Assembly: GCA_016200345.1 (NCBI GenBank) | Contig: JACQEX010000072.1 | Span: 7,233-71,232, forward strand | From: Nitrospinota bacterium | Lineage (GTDB): Bacteria; Nitrospinota_A; UBA7883; JACRGQ01 | Direction of reading: 5' to 3' | DNA length: 64,000 nt | Shown here: one piece after another, positions 19,799 through 29,010 of the stretch | Position numbering within the stretch: position 1 is the stretch's first letter | Layout: each line of letters starts with the position of its first letter | The notes under the pieces: generated by a model | What the model was told of the DNA's origin: nothing | The model's database searches: none | The model's input: the letters and a program-made list of their open reading frames with translations, nothing else | Translations under genes and position numbers: made by a program

Positions 19799-20845
19799 TT
19801 ATGATGTCAACCAGTCGAGAAATTTTTTCTCGTCCCGCACTCTCGCCTCGACCGACAAAATATGGAAACGGTTTTTAAGCGCGTCCGGCACCCGAACCAA
19901 GTCCTTCCTCGTCGTAAGCAAAATCTCGCCGTCAGGAACCAAGTTCGCCGCATCGCGTATCTCGGTCTCATTGTACCGGTGGTGGTCCGCAAATACAAAA
20001 TGCCGCGCCACCGTTGCGCCAAGTTTTTTCACGCTCTCCGCGAATTGGACAGGCGACCCAAGCCCGCTCAAGAGCGCGACGTTTTTCCCCATGAGGGAGC
20101 TTAACGGCAAGAACGAGCCGTCGGGGGCGGTTAGGTTTGCCGGTTCGACGTCACACAAAAACAGCGGGACGTCCTTTTTCGCATAGCCAATTATCTCCTC
20201 CCTAATCGCATTAAGAAGTTCGTCGGAAACAAAATTTGCGCGAGTTATTACGACGCAGTCCGCGCGGGCGATTGAGGAGAGCGGCTCCCGCAACGTCCCC
20301 GCCGGCAAAAGGCGTTTGCCACCAAACGGGTCGAGCGCGTCCGTCAAAAGGATGTTTTTGTCCCTGTGCGCTGAGAGGTGCGAAAATGCGTCGTCCAACA
20401 CGACCGTTTTTGCGCCAAGCTTCACCGCCTTCCCAATCCCCAAATTTCTATTTGGCGAGCAGATGACAGGCGTCCCTTTTAGCTCGCCTGCGGTGACCAT
20501 CGCCTCGTCCCCGGCCTCCGGATATTCGGCCAAAAGTTTATTTCCGTCGGAGACAATTTGCACAGGCTCCTTGGATGTTCTACCATAGCCTCTGCTGACC
20601 ACCGCGACTTTGCCGCCGAGCATTTTTACGACCATTACGACCACCGGCGTTTTTCCGGTGCCGCCGGCGGTGATGTTGCCGACGCTGATTACTTTTACCC
20701 CCGCGGTTTTTTGCGCGCGCGGAAAACCGAGGGAGTAGGCAAAAAGCCTTAGGCGAACCGCCGCGCCGTAGAGGATGGAGAGGGGGATGAAGAAAAATCC
20801 CGCCAAGCCTTTGGAGGTCGGGCGAATTTTGAGGAGATCACTCAT
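19799..20845 (-). CDS. lpxK: tetraacyldisaccharide 4'-kinase
   Basis: Walker A ISVGNITAGGTGKTP. 348 aa, typical LpxK. Confidence 0.88.
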   Translation of the reverse strand: MSDLLKIRPTSKGLAGFFFIPLSILYGAAVRLRLFAYSLGFPRAQKTAGVKVISVGNITAGGTGKTPVVVMVVKMLGGKVAVVSRGYGRTSKEPVQIVSDGNKLLAEYPEAGDEAMVTAGELKGTPVICSPNRNLGIGKAVKLGAKTVVLDDAFSHLSAHRDKNILLTDALDPFGGKRLLPAGTLREPLSSIARADCVVITRANFVSDELLNAIREEIIGYAKKDVPLFLCDVEPANLTAPDGSFLPLSSLMGKNVALLSGLGSPVQFAESVKKLGATVARHFVFADHHRYNETEIRDAANLVPDGEILLTTRKDLVRVPDALKNRFHILSVEARVRDEKKFLDWLTS

Positions 20846-21098
20846 GTCCGAGCATTTCCCTTATCGCGGGCGGAACGAAAACCTCTTCCAGATTCAGCGT
20901 TTTTAGCGCGTCAAGCGCGGTTTGAATCCGTCCGTCGTCCCCTAATCTTTCGTCCACGATTAAATATTTTTTTCCGCCCATTTCGCAAAGCCCGCCCTTG
21001 ATTATTATGTCCTCGTCGTCGAGGTTTCGCAGTTCCACCAGCACTCCGCATCTTTCGAGTGTGTGCGCCAGTATTTCAAACGTAACCCCGCCTTCCAT
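20838..21098 (-). CDS. hypothetical small protein (86 aa) translationally coupled to lpxK
   Basis: ORF overlaps the lpxK start by 8 nt. No recognisable motif. Confidence 0.4.
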   Translation of the reverse strand: MEGGVTFEILAHTLERCGVLVELRNLDDEDIIIKGGLCEMGGKKYLIVDERLGDDGRIQTALDALKTLNLEEVFVPPAIREMLGHE

Positions 21099-21165
21099 GC
21101 CTAAAGATTCTACCTCACCCGGAACAATCCCTAACGGTGGTAATTCTTTTCTGATTTGATATCAT

Positions 21166-21474
21166 GTGTGTATGAATGGATTAAAAATTGACCTGCCGCT
21201 GAATAGCATCGCCGAAATATGTAAACGATACCAAGTGCGGGAGCTTTCCATCTTTGGCTCGGCAGTTCGCGAGGATTTCACCGCCAAAAGCGACGTGGAC
21301 TTTTTGGTCGAGTTCAAGCCGGAGGCCTCGATTGGCTTTCTTGAATTGGCCGGCATGAACATCGAGCTTTCGGAATTACTTGGCCGGCCGGTTGACCTTG
21401 TGTCCAAAAACGGGCTAAGCCCCGTTATTCGGGACGTGGTCTTGGAAAGTGCCAAGGTCTTCTATGCGTCGTGA
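21166..21474 (+). CDS. mntA: MntA-like minimal nucleotidyltransferase antitoxin
   Basis: GSAVREDFTAKSDVDFLVEF is the Pol-beta-like NTase signature (GS..x9-13..DxD). Confidence 0.8.
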   Translation: MCMNGLKIDLPLNSIAEICKRYQVRELSIFGSAVREDFTAKSDVDFLVEFKPEASIGFLELAGMNIELSELLGRPVDLVSKNGLSPVIRDVVLESAKVFYAS

Positions 21475-21808
21475 AAAGCTCTACCTTGTTGACATTGTTG
21501 ACGCCGCAAAAGCCATAAGTGAGTTCATATCCGGCGTAACTCTGGAGCAATTTTTAGGAAGCGACCAGTTAAAGAGCGCAGTGCTATATAAACTGGCAAT
21601 CATTGGCGAGGCCGCCTCTAAGATTTCCTAGGAATTTAAAGGCAAGTACCCGGATATTGACTGGGCCAGAATATCGGCCTTTCGCAACATTGCCGTTCAC
21701 GCATATTTCGCCGTGGACGTGGGCATAACATGGGTCGCCGCCACAAAGAACGCCCCAGCGCAAAAAGAAATGGTCGAACGGATAATGAAGACAGAATTCC
21801 ACGAATAA
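21464..21808 (+). pseudogene. hepT: HepT-like HEPN (DUF86) RNase toxin interrupted by an in-frame TAG (21629-21631)
   Basis: The N-terminal half (MRREKLYLVDIVDAAKAISEFISG...) ends at an amber codon. The same frame continues with EFKGKYPDIDWARISAFRNIAVHAYFAVD..., carrying the HEPN Rx4HxY motif (RNIAVHAY), to a TAA at 21806-21808. Confidence 0.7.
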
Positions 21809-22021
21809 TTGTGAGCCAACGTGTGATTAATCTCATCCGGGGCTTTACGCGGATTAGTGTCGGGTTTTGCGGCGGAGGGATATTATCAGGTGATAGATGA
21901 ACAACCCGGACAAGACCTTGTAAGGGACTAAAATCAATGCCGGTGGTTTGAAATAGGTGCCTTCAAATTTAATTTCTAAAGGGTTCATGAAGAGTAAAAA
22001 GTTGTTTGCTTCGCGGCGGGT

Positions 22022-22267
22022 TTATTTCTCGCCATAATAAATGTTCCCTGGCAAATGACTATAGACAGGGTTGGTATGTTCAAGTGTCCCAGCATCAAAA
22101 GATGCGGAAACTGGGTCGGAACCATCCCCAAAATGGGTTTCCTTCATGGGAGAAAAGGCTGGCTTCCCATCATGGACACCCAGTGCTGGTTCCCCCCTAA
22201 TCAGGCGGACTACCACCACCAATCCCAGCAAGCCAAGCAAACCGAAAAAAACTATATCGCCTTCCAT
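22022..22267 (-). CDS. small membrane-anchored protein (81 aa) downstream of hicAB
   Basis: Strong AAGGAG SD 5 nt before ATG 22267. N-terminal TM helix (IVFFGLLGLLGLVVVV), soluble C-terminal tail. Same strand as, and 45 nt after, hicB. Confidence 0.55.
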   Translation of the reverse strand: MEGDIVFFGLLGLLGLVVVVRLIRGEPALGVHDGKPAFSPMKETHFGDGSDPVSASFDAGTLEHTNPVYSHLPGNIYYGEK

Positions 22268-22312
22268 AAAAACTCCTTCTACCGCTTTTTATACACCCAA
22301 TTCCTAGCCAGG

Positions 22313-22810
22313 TCAAACCAAAGCATGTCTTCCGGCGGAAACCTTCCTACCTTTCGACCGTGCGCGTTTGCCGCCGAAATCGTCTCCAAAGATTATTGCC
22401 AACGGCTTTTCCGCGTTTGGATTGGCCGCTTTAAGCAATTGAGCCACCAGATGCAGTGTCGGTTCCCTTTTCCCCTGCTCGTAGGCGGCGTAGGCGTTCA
22501 CAAAGGCGCTTCCCATATTAGCCGCGGCCTGTTTAATGGTGACTTGGGCTATCTGCCGTTGTCGCCTAATAAGCAGGCCAAAAAAGGCCTTGGTGTCTTT
22601 ACTGCCTATATACACGTTTTCCCCTTCGCCCCGGCGGATCTCTAAGAACAGGACACGTTTTTCATGCAATGCCATAAGTTCAACAGCGTCCTTCAACATG
22701 GCCATGGCGTCGTTATAATCCTTTCCCTGGGTGATTATGGCCAGTGCCTCGCATTCCGCAACTAATCCACACTCCTTTCCGGCCTTAAAAATTCGTCCTT
22801 CAATCCACAT
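22313..22810 (-). CDS. hicB: HicB-family antitoxin with C-terminal HTH (XRE-like) domain
   Basis: N-terminal HicB/UPF0150-like fold (..GLVAECEALAIITQGKDYNDAMAMLKDAVELM..). C-terminal HTH (RQRQIAQVTIKQAAANMGSAFVNAYAAYEQGKREPTL). AGGAGG SD. Confidence 0.75.
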   Translation of the reverse strand: MWIEGRIFKAGKECGLVAECEALAIITQGKDYNDAMAMLKDAVELMALHEKRVLFLEIRRGEGENVYIGSKDTKAFFGLLIRRQRQIAQVTIKQAAANMGSAFVNAYAAYEQGKREPTLHLVAQLLKAANPNAEKPLAIIFGDDFGGKRARSKGRKVSAGRHALV

Positions 22811-22820
22811 TATGCCCTCC

Positions 22821-23000
22821 TTACTTCTTATATTTTTCCACTTGCTTTAGGATTCCCAACGCGGTGAATTCCTTTAATTCCGCATGGCGCGGAACATACA
22901 CGGAGTTCACGCCGTCCGTCCAAACCTCGTGGTTGCCACCCTCTCTTGTGAGATACCATCCCATCCTCGACAGCCTTTTGGTCAGTTCCGTTTTCTTCAT
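22821..23000 (-). CDS. hicA: HicA-family mRNA interferase toxin (59 aa)
   Basis: Not in the ORF track (<60 aa). The minus strand encodes MKKTELTKRLSRMGWYLTREGGNHEVWTDGVNSVYVPRHAELKEF..., the YcfA/HicA signature (GW...GSHH-like core). It lies 10 nt upstream of hicB. Confidence 0.75.
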   Translation of the reverse strand: MKKTELTKRLSRMGWYLTREGGNHEVWTDGVNSVYVPRHAELKEFTALGILKQVEKYKK

Positions 23001-23227
23001 AGCAAAATATTACAACTTTAGTTGTAAGTTGTCAAGCATAAATATTCCGTACGGGCAAATTTAAAATGGAAGGTTCCTATTATGAAAAGACGAACCCTTC
23101 AGCCGGTTTAATAAACTTCGCTGGAGGTGAAAAAATACTCCCACTCCCTCCTGTGACATGGAACGATTAATCATTGAAACGAGTGTATCAACAAATGATA
23201 CCGAAAGGAAGAGTGACGGTGCGGTTA

Positions 23228-23800
23228 TTAATTCTGGGAGCGGAGGTGGGCCAATAGCTCGTCTTTGGTGAAAATGGCCTCGACTGCGGGGACTTCGGCC
23301 AGAAGGCGTTCGCGTCCACCTTCCTGCCTGTCAACCAAAGCAACAACCGCAAGCACCTTCAGGCCAAAATCGCGCGCGCTCTTGATTGCCGTTAAGGCGG
23401 AGTCGCCGGTCGTTATCACGTCCTCCAAAATAACCACTGCGTCCCCGGCTGACACGTCCCCCTCAACCGGGCTTTTGGTGCCGTGCTCTTTCGTCACTTT
23501 GCGGACGACGAACGCCTTTATCGGCGAGCCGCGCCGGAAACTTTCCCCCGCCACCGCAATGGCTATTGGGTCGGCGCCGAGCGTAAGCCCCCCGACCGCC
23601 GTGGGGGAATATTTTTTTACCGCGTCGAACACCACGGAGCCGATGAGGTTAATCCCCTCCGCGTCGTATGCGGTTTTTTTGCAATTGACGTAGTAGGAGG
23701 ACATTTTTCCCGAGGCGAGCTTGAAGGTAGGCGTTTCGGAAAACATGAACGATTTTTCAACCAGTAGGGAAAGGAGCCCGTTGCGTGCGTATTGGCCCAC
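23228..23800 (-). CDS. pyrE: orotate phosphoribosyltransferase
   Basis: PRPP-binding motif VVILEDVITTGDS. Start uncertain: GTG 23800 gives 190 aa, ATG 23746 gives 172 aa. The longer track ORF has a non-PyrE, Arg-rich N-terminus. Confidence 0.8.
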   Translation of the reverse strand: MGQYARNGLLSLLVEKSFMFSETPTFKLASGKMSSYYVNCKKTAYDAEGINLIGSVVFDAVKKYSPTAVGGLTLGADPIAIAVAGESFRRGSPIKAFVVRKVTKEHGTKSPVEGDVSAGDAVVILEDVITTGDSALTAIKSARDFGLKVLAVVALVDRQEGGRERLLAEVPAVEAIFTKDELLAHLRSQN

Positions 23801-23805
23801 GGGGG

Positions 23806-24462
23806 TCAGTCCTTTATCGGGTTTTTGGCGATGGACTTTTCGGCGTCCTTTATCAGGGTGTTTATCCTCGCCGTCTTCGTTTTGAGCGAGCCTCGGCATA
23901 CGACCAGCCGAGCGGTGACGTTCATGATTGTCTCGACCTCCACAAGGCCGTTGGCCTTCAGCGTGTTGCCTGTGGAGACCAGATCCACGATTCTTTCGCA
24001 AAGGCCGACCAGCGGCGCGATTTCGATTGAGCCGTAAAGTTTGATGACCTCCACGTGTATCCCCTGGTCGCGGAACCATTGCGTGGCGAGGTTTGTGAAC
24101 TTTGTCGCCACGCGAAGGTGCGTCCACCTGCGCGGGTCGTCGTGCTCCTTAAGCGATGCCGGTTCGGCTATGACGAGTCTGCACGCGCCGAAGCCGAGGT
24201 CGAGCATTTCGTAGATGGATTTGTCCTGTTCCTCAAGCTGGTCTTTGCCGGAGACGCCGAGGTCGGCGGCGCCGTTTTCCACGTAGACCGGTATGTCGGT
24301 GTCCCTTACTATTATAGCCCTCGAGCGCGAGGCGGGATCCTCGAAAATCAATTTTCTGTTGTCCTCAAGCGCGCCGCTAAAATCCATCCCTAGCCGCTTA
24401 AAAAGCTCGACCGAGGGCCTCAAGTTTCTGCCGCGCGGGATGGCGACGGTTAGTTGTGACAT
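23806..24462 (-). CDS. hisG: ATP phosphoribosyltransferase (short form)
   Basis: MSQLTVAIPRGR...; short-form HisG, 218 aa. Confidence 0.85.
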   Translation of the reverse strand: MSQLTVAIPRGRNLRPSVELFKRLGMDFSGALEDNRKLIFEDPASRSRAIIVRDTDIPVYVENGAADLGVSGKDQLEEQDKSIYEMLDLGFGACRLVIAEPASLKEHDDPRRWTHLRVATKFTNLATQWFRDQGIHVEVIKLYGSIEIAPLVGLCERIVDLVSTGNTLKANGLVEVETIMNVTARLVVCRGSLKTKTARINTLIKDAEKSIAKNPIKD

Positions 24463-24569
24463 TTTGTTATTTCCATGATTGTAAGAAAATACCATTCAAT
24501 CGCCCCCCAAGCAAATAAATGTGCGCGCCTTGACTTGACCCTAACGCCATAAAAGAGCGAAAATGGGTC

Positions 24570-24773
24570 ATGTCCAACAGGTTTGAAATAATTGCGTCGG
24601 ACGGCGCGGTTGTCCACGGGGTTAAGGTCGGCCTCGGCAGATGGCTGGTGACGGTTCGATATAAGACGGCGACAAAGAAAATAGAGGTCGGGGGCTCCAA
24701 TCTCGTTGCGATTCTAAAGTGGCTTGGGCAGGATGAACACTTCATACGGCGTATTCTTGAAAACGGAGAATGA
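24570..24773 (+). CDS. hypothetical small protein (67 aa)
   Basis: ORF whose stop overlaps the next small ORF start (ATGA). No known motif. An alternative antisense ORF exists. Confidence 0.35.
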   Translation: MSNRFEIIASDGAVVHGVKVGLGRWLVTVRYKTATKKIEVGGSNLVAILKWLGQDEHFIRRILENGE

Positions 24774-25006
24774 AAGGGCTGAAGATGAAAAACAAGGGCG
24801 GCGATAAAATAATTCGAGGAACGACGAAAAGAACCGGCGGGGAGATATTTGCCATGATTGACCAATTTTCGGACATGGAGCCGGTTTTTGTAGAGAGGAG
24901 TTTGGCGAGGAAGATTGAACAAGGCGCCAAGCGCCTCAAAGTTTCGACGGGCCAGTATGCCTCGGCCTTGTTGGACGCGCAGTTGAACTCCAAGACGAAC
25001 AGATAA
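24770..25006 (+). CDS. hypothetical small protein (78 aa), possible ribbon-helix-helix-like
   Basis: Translationally coupled to the upstream small ORF; basic N-terminus. Speculative. Confidence 0.35.
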   Translation: MKGLKMKNKGGDKIIRGTTKRTGGEIFAMIDQFSDMEPVFVERSLARKIEQGAKRLKVSTGQYASALLDAQLNSKTNR

Positions 25007-25017
25007 CGGAGGCGACA

Positions 25018-25647
25018 ATGGGTGCTACGGTTTTTCACGGCGGGCTGTCCAAAAAAATGCTGGACGCCGCGACGAAGGCGTTGCGCGACGGGGAACTGAT
25101 AATCTACCCGACCGACACGATATACGGCATCGGTTGCGACATGAGAAACGGCAAGGCCCTCGAAAAACTCAACCGCCTAAAGAACAGGCCGAGCAACAAG
25201 CCGTTCAGCTTCATCTGCAACAACATAAGCGAGGCGGCCCAGTACGCCCGCCTTTCCAACGCCGCGCACCGCGTGATGAAGCGTTTTCTTCCCGGCCCGT
25301 ACACCTTCATCCTCCCCGTCGGGAGCGGTGTGCCAAAAAAAATGACATCCGCCGAGCACACGGTCGGCATACGAATCCCGAACCATTTCATAACGCTCGA
25401 GCTGGCGAAGGCGTTCGGCTCCCCGATTATCACCACATCCGTGAACCTCTCCGGCGACGCCCCGGTCTGCGCAATCGGCGACCTGCCGCCGGAGTTCACC
25501 TCGGCTGTCTCCGTAATAATCGACGGCGGCCCGCTTGAGTACGAGCCTTCGACGATAATTAATTTTGTTGGCGAGGCCCCCGTCGTGGAGAGGGAGGGGA
25601 GGGGCTTCGCTGAGATAAAACCGTTTTTAGAAACCCACCAAAGTTAA
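25018..25647 (+). CDS. tsaC: L-threonylcarbamoyladenylate synthase (YrdC/Sua5 family)
   Basis: YPTDTIYGIGCD and later ..TSVNLSG.. motifs of the YrdC fold. 209 aa. Confidence 0.85.
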   Translation: MGATVFHGGLSKKMLDAATKALRDGELIIYPTDTIYGIGCDMRNGKALEKLNRLKNRPSNKPFSFICNNISEAAQYARLSNAAHRVMKRFLPGPYTFILPVGSGVPKKMTSAEHTVGIRIPNHFITLELAKAFGSPIITTSVNLSGDAPVCAIGDLPPEFTSAVSVIIDGGPLEYEPSTIINFVGEAPVVEREGRGFAEIKPFLETHQS

Positions 25648-27192
25648 ATGGCCGCCGACGAACCCGTATTTAAGTACAAGTGGTGGGCCGCGGGGGACGT
25701 AAACGCCTTTTTCGGCCTGATGCTGGACAACCTCACCGGCCTCGTTATTTTGTCATCCATACTCACCGGCATTTTTAAGATGCCCGCCGACGTGGTTTTG
25801 CTAAAAATGGTTCCCGGCACCGCGTTGGGCGTGATGCTGGGCGACCTCGCGTACACGTACATGGCCTTTCAACTCGCCAAAAAAGAGCGGAGGCAGGACG
25901 TTTGCGCCATGCCGCTTGGGATAGACGCGATAGCGTTGTTCGGCCTCTCTCTCGGCGTGGTGGGGCCGGCGTTCGCCGTTACGAAAGACGCCGACAAGGC
26001 GTGGGCCGTCGGCATGGCGGTCCTCGTCGTGATGGGCGCCGTCAAGGTCGTCACCGCGTTCTTCGGCGAGGCGGTGCGGCGCAACGTGCCCCGCGCGGCG
26101 TTGCTCGGCTCGCTTGCCGCGCTCGCGGTAGTGTTCATCGCGTACCTTCCGTTTCTAAAAATAATCTCCGACCCAATGGCGGGGCTCGTTTCGCTCGGCG
26201 TGATACTTCTTACGCTCACCGCGCGGGTAAAGCTCCCGCTAAAAATTCCAGGCGCACTCGCCGGGGTCGGCCTTGGTACGCTCGTCTATTACGCGGCGGA
26301 CGCCTTCGGCCTTTCGGAGGGGAGGCACGTCGCGGAGGCGGGCTTTGCATTCGCCTTCCCGAACCCGACGTTGCATTTTATGGACGGACTCTCGATGGGG
26401 CTAAACTACCTTCCGCTCTCCATTCCCATAGCCATCTCCAGCATCATCGGCGGGATAGACAACACCGAAAGCGCGGCCGTCGCCGGCGACAAGTACGACA
26501 CGCGGGACATACTGCTTGTGGAGGGGGTCGCCACGCTGGTGGCCGGCGTTTGCGGCGGGGTCATTCAAAACACGCCGTACATCGGCCACCCGGCGTACAA
26601 GGCGATGGGGGGAAGGGCGGCCTACACGCTGGCGTCGGGCCTGTTCATCGGCCTCGGCGCGTTGGTCGGCCTGACCGGGTATTTGATAAGCGTCCTTCCG
26701 GAGTCGGTCATGGTGCCGATACTCGTCTTCATCGGTCTAGAGGTCTGTTCGCAGGCTTATGGGGAGTCGGACAAAAGCCACCTTGCGGCTGTTTCCATCT
26801 GTTTCGTGCCGACGATTGCGAACCTCGTGTTCATCCAATACAACTCGCTGATGGGGGCCGCGGGAATCGGGCTTGGGAAGCTCGGGCCCGATTTTCAGGA
26901 GACCTATCGTTCGGTGATGCTATTGGGAAACGGCTTTGTGCTGACCGCGATGATATGGGCGGCGATGATAGCGTTCTTGACGGACGATAATTTTGCCAGC
27001 GCGGCTTGGGTGGCGTTTATCGCCTCGGTCTGCGCCATGACGGGGTTTATACACTCCCCATTTCCGGACGGGCGGCTTTTTGCGCCGTGGGGGGTGCCGG
27101 CGACGACCTATAAAATCGCCGTCGGGTATTTGTTAATGGGCGGAATTTACCTTACAATGTTTTTCCTACGAAGACCGAAAACAGATTTATAG
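25648..27192 (+). CDS. polytopic membrane permease (NCS2/AzgA-like nucleobase or solute transporter family)
   Basis: About 12-14 TM helices, G/A-rich. Family assignment tentative. Confidence 0.55.
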   Translation: MAADEPVFKYKWWAAGDVNAFFGLMLDNLTGLVILSSILTGIFKMPADVVLLKMVPGTALGVMLGDLAYTYMAFQLAKKERRQDVCAMPLGIDAIALFGLSLGVVGPAFAVTKDADKAWAVGMAVLVVMGAVKVVTAFFGEAVRRNVPRAALLGSLAALAVVFIAYLPFLKIISDPMAGLVSLGVILLTLTARVKLPLKIPGALAGVGLGTLVYYAADAFGLSEGRHVAEAGFAFAFPNPTLHFMDGLSMGLNYLPLSIPIAISSIIGGIDNTESAAVAGDKYDTRDILLVEGVATLVAGVCGGVIQNTPYIGHPAYKAMGGRAAYTLASGLFIGLGALVGLTGYLISVLPESVMVPILVFIGLEVCSQAYGESDKSHLAAVSICFVPTIANLVFIQYNSLMGAAGIGLGKLGPDFQETYRSVMLLGNGFVLTAMIWAAMIAFLTDDNFASAAWVAFIASVCAMTGFIHSPFPDGRLFAPWGVPATTYKIAVGYLLMGGIYLTMFFLRRPKTDL

Positions 27193-27203
27193 AAAGGTGC
27201 CAG

Positions 27204-28952
27204 ATGGACGTTAATTCGATGAGACATTCCGCCGCCCACGTTATGGCGCAGGCGATTCGCGAGATCCACCCGAACGCGCAGTTTGCGTTCGGCCCGGAAA
27301 CGGAGAACGGCTTTTACTACGACGTTAAAATTCCCGGCGGGGCGATACACAACGACGACCTCGGGAAAATCGAAAAGGCCATGTTGCGCATCGCAAAGGG
27401 GAAGCACCCCTTCGAAAGGACCGAGGTGGGGCGCGACGAGGCGCTTAAGCGTTTTGCCGACCAGGAGTTTAAGGTGAGGGCGTTGAACGACCTTTTGAAG
27501 GACGAGGCCACCGTTTCGCTCTACACGCAGAACGGCTTCACCGACCTCTGCAAGGGGCCGCACGTGGAGCACACGGGGCAGATAGGCGCGTTTAGCATAG
27601 ATAGAATCGCGGGGGCGTACTGGCTGGGCGACTCCAAAAACGAGCCTCTGCAAAGGGTATACGGGCTTTGCTTCCGCACGATGGAGGAGTTGAAGGAATA
27701 CAAGGCGATGATGGAGGAGGCCCGAAAAAGGGATCACCGCGAGGTGGGGAAAAAGCTCGACCTCTTTTCCTTCCACGAGGAGGGGCCGGGCTTTGTTTTC
27801 TGGCACCCGAAGGGGCTTACGCTTTTCAACACGCTAATAAGCTTCATCCGCGCCGAGAACGAAAAACGGGGCGCGCACGAGATTAAGACGCCGGAAATTT
27901 TAAGCGTGGACCTTTGGCACAGGTCGGGCCACTACGACAATTTTAGGGAGAGCATGTACTTCACCTCGGCGGAGGAAAAGCCCTTCGCAGTGAAGCCGAT
28001 GAACTGCCCCGGCTCGATATTGGTCTACAAGGACGGGCTTCACTCCTTCCGCGATTTGCCGCTGAGGCTCATGGAGATGGGGCACGTCCACAGGTTCGAG
28101 CTTTCCGGCGTTTTGCACGGCCTGTTCCGACTGCGCGCGTTCACGCAGGACGACGGGCACATCTACTGCGCGCAGGAGCAGGTGGAGGGGGAGATATCGG
28201 CCTTCGTGGACTACGTCTACTCCGTGTACGGCATATTCGGGTTCGAGGAGATAACGGTGTTCGTCTCCACCCGCCCGGAGCATTCGATGGGCTCGGACGA
28301 GGTGTGGGAGAGCGCGACGAACGCGCTGAAGTCCGCGTTGGACAAGAAGGGCGTGCAATACAAGATTAAGGAAGGGGAGGGGGCCTTCTACGGCCCCAAG
28401 ATTGAGTTCAACGTAAAGGACTGCATAAAGCGAAATTGGCAGTTGGGGACCATACAGGTGGATTTCTCGATGCCCGAGAGGTTCGATTTGGAATACGTTG
28501 CGAGCGACGGCACGCGGAAAAGGCCGGTGTTGTTGCACCGTGCCGTGCTCGGTTCCCTCGAAAGATTTTTGGCGATATACATGGAGCAGGTCGCGGGGGC
28601 CTTCCCGCCGTGGCTCGCGCCGGTTCAGGCGGTGATTTTGTCCGTTACCGACAACCTTAACGATTACGCATTGGAGGTCTTGGCGGCGATAAAGGCCGGC
28701 GGGGTCAGGGGGGAGTTGGACGTCTCCGGCGAAAGACTGAACAAAAAAATACGCAACGCTCAAATCGCCAAAATTCCGTACATGATTATTCTCGGCGACA
28801 AAGAGGCGGCCTCGAAGACCGTCTCCGTGCGCCTGCGCTCCGGCGAGAACGTGAACGAAATATCGGTTGACGATTTCATCAAGATAGTGGCGGAGAGAAC
28901 CGCTACGAAGAGTCCGGCCCTCTGGCCGACGCCGGTCGCGCCCGCCGCTTGA
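27204..28952 (+). CDS. thrS: threonine--tRNA ligase lacking the N-terminal TGS domain
   Basis: Begins at the N2 editing-domain motif RHSAAHVMAQA (E. coli ThrRS ~residue 73). Class II motifs and anticodon-binding domain present. 582 aa. Confidence 0.9.
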   Translation: MDVNSMRHSAAHVMAQAIREIHPNAQFAFGPETENGFYYDVKIPGGAIHNDDLGKIEKAMLRIAKGKHPFERTEVGRDEALKRFADQEFKVRALNDLLKDEATVSLYTQNGFTDLCKGPHVEHTGQIGAFSIDRIAGAYWLGDSKNEPLQRVYGLCFRTMEELKEYKAMMEEARKRDHREVGKKLDLFSFHEEGPGFVFWHPKGLTLFNTLISFIRAENEKRGAHEIKTPEILSVDLWHRSGHYDNFRESMYFTSAEEKPFAVKPMNCPGSILVYKDGLHSFRDLPLRLMEMGHVHRFELSGVLHGLFRLRAFTQDDGHIYCAQEQVEGEISAFVDYVYSVYGIFGFEEITVFVSTRPEHSMGSDEVWESATNALKSALDKKGVQYKIKEGEGAFYGPKIEFNVKDCIKRNWQLGTIQVDFSMPERFDLEYVASDGTRKRPVLLHRAVLGSLERFLAIYMEQVAGAFPPWLAPVQAVILSVTDNLNDYALEVLAAIKAGGVRGELDVSGERLNKKIRNAQIAKIPYMIILGDKEAASKTVSVRLRSGENVNEISVDDFIKIVAERTATKSPALWPTPVAPAA

Positions 28953-29010
28953 ACGGTAGGCGCGGACTTTAGTCTGCGCTAGTATTGGCGCTCCGCGCCC
29001 ACCGGTGCGC

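Noticed and set aside
22055-22645. 196 aa + strand ORF overlapping hicB
   Set aside because: The opposite strand encodes a recognisable HicB and a small ORF with a consensus SD. The + ORF has no SD and reads as Cys/Trp-rich nonsense.
24467-25018. 183 aa minus-strand ORF between hisG and tsaC
   Set aside because: Arg/Leu-rich with no SD. The two coupled + strand small ORFs were judged slightly more plausible, but confidence is low either way.
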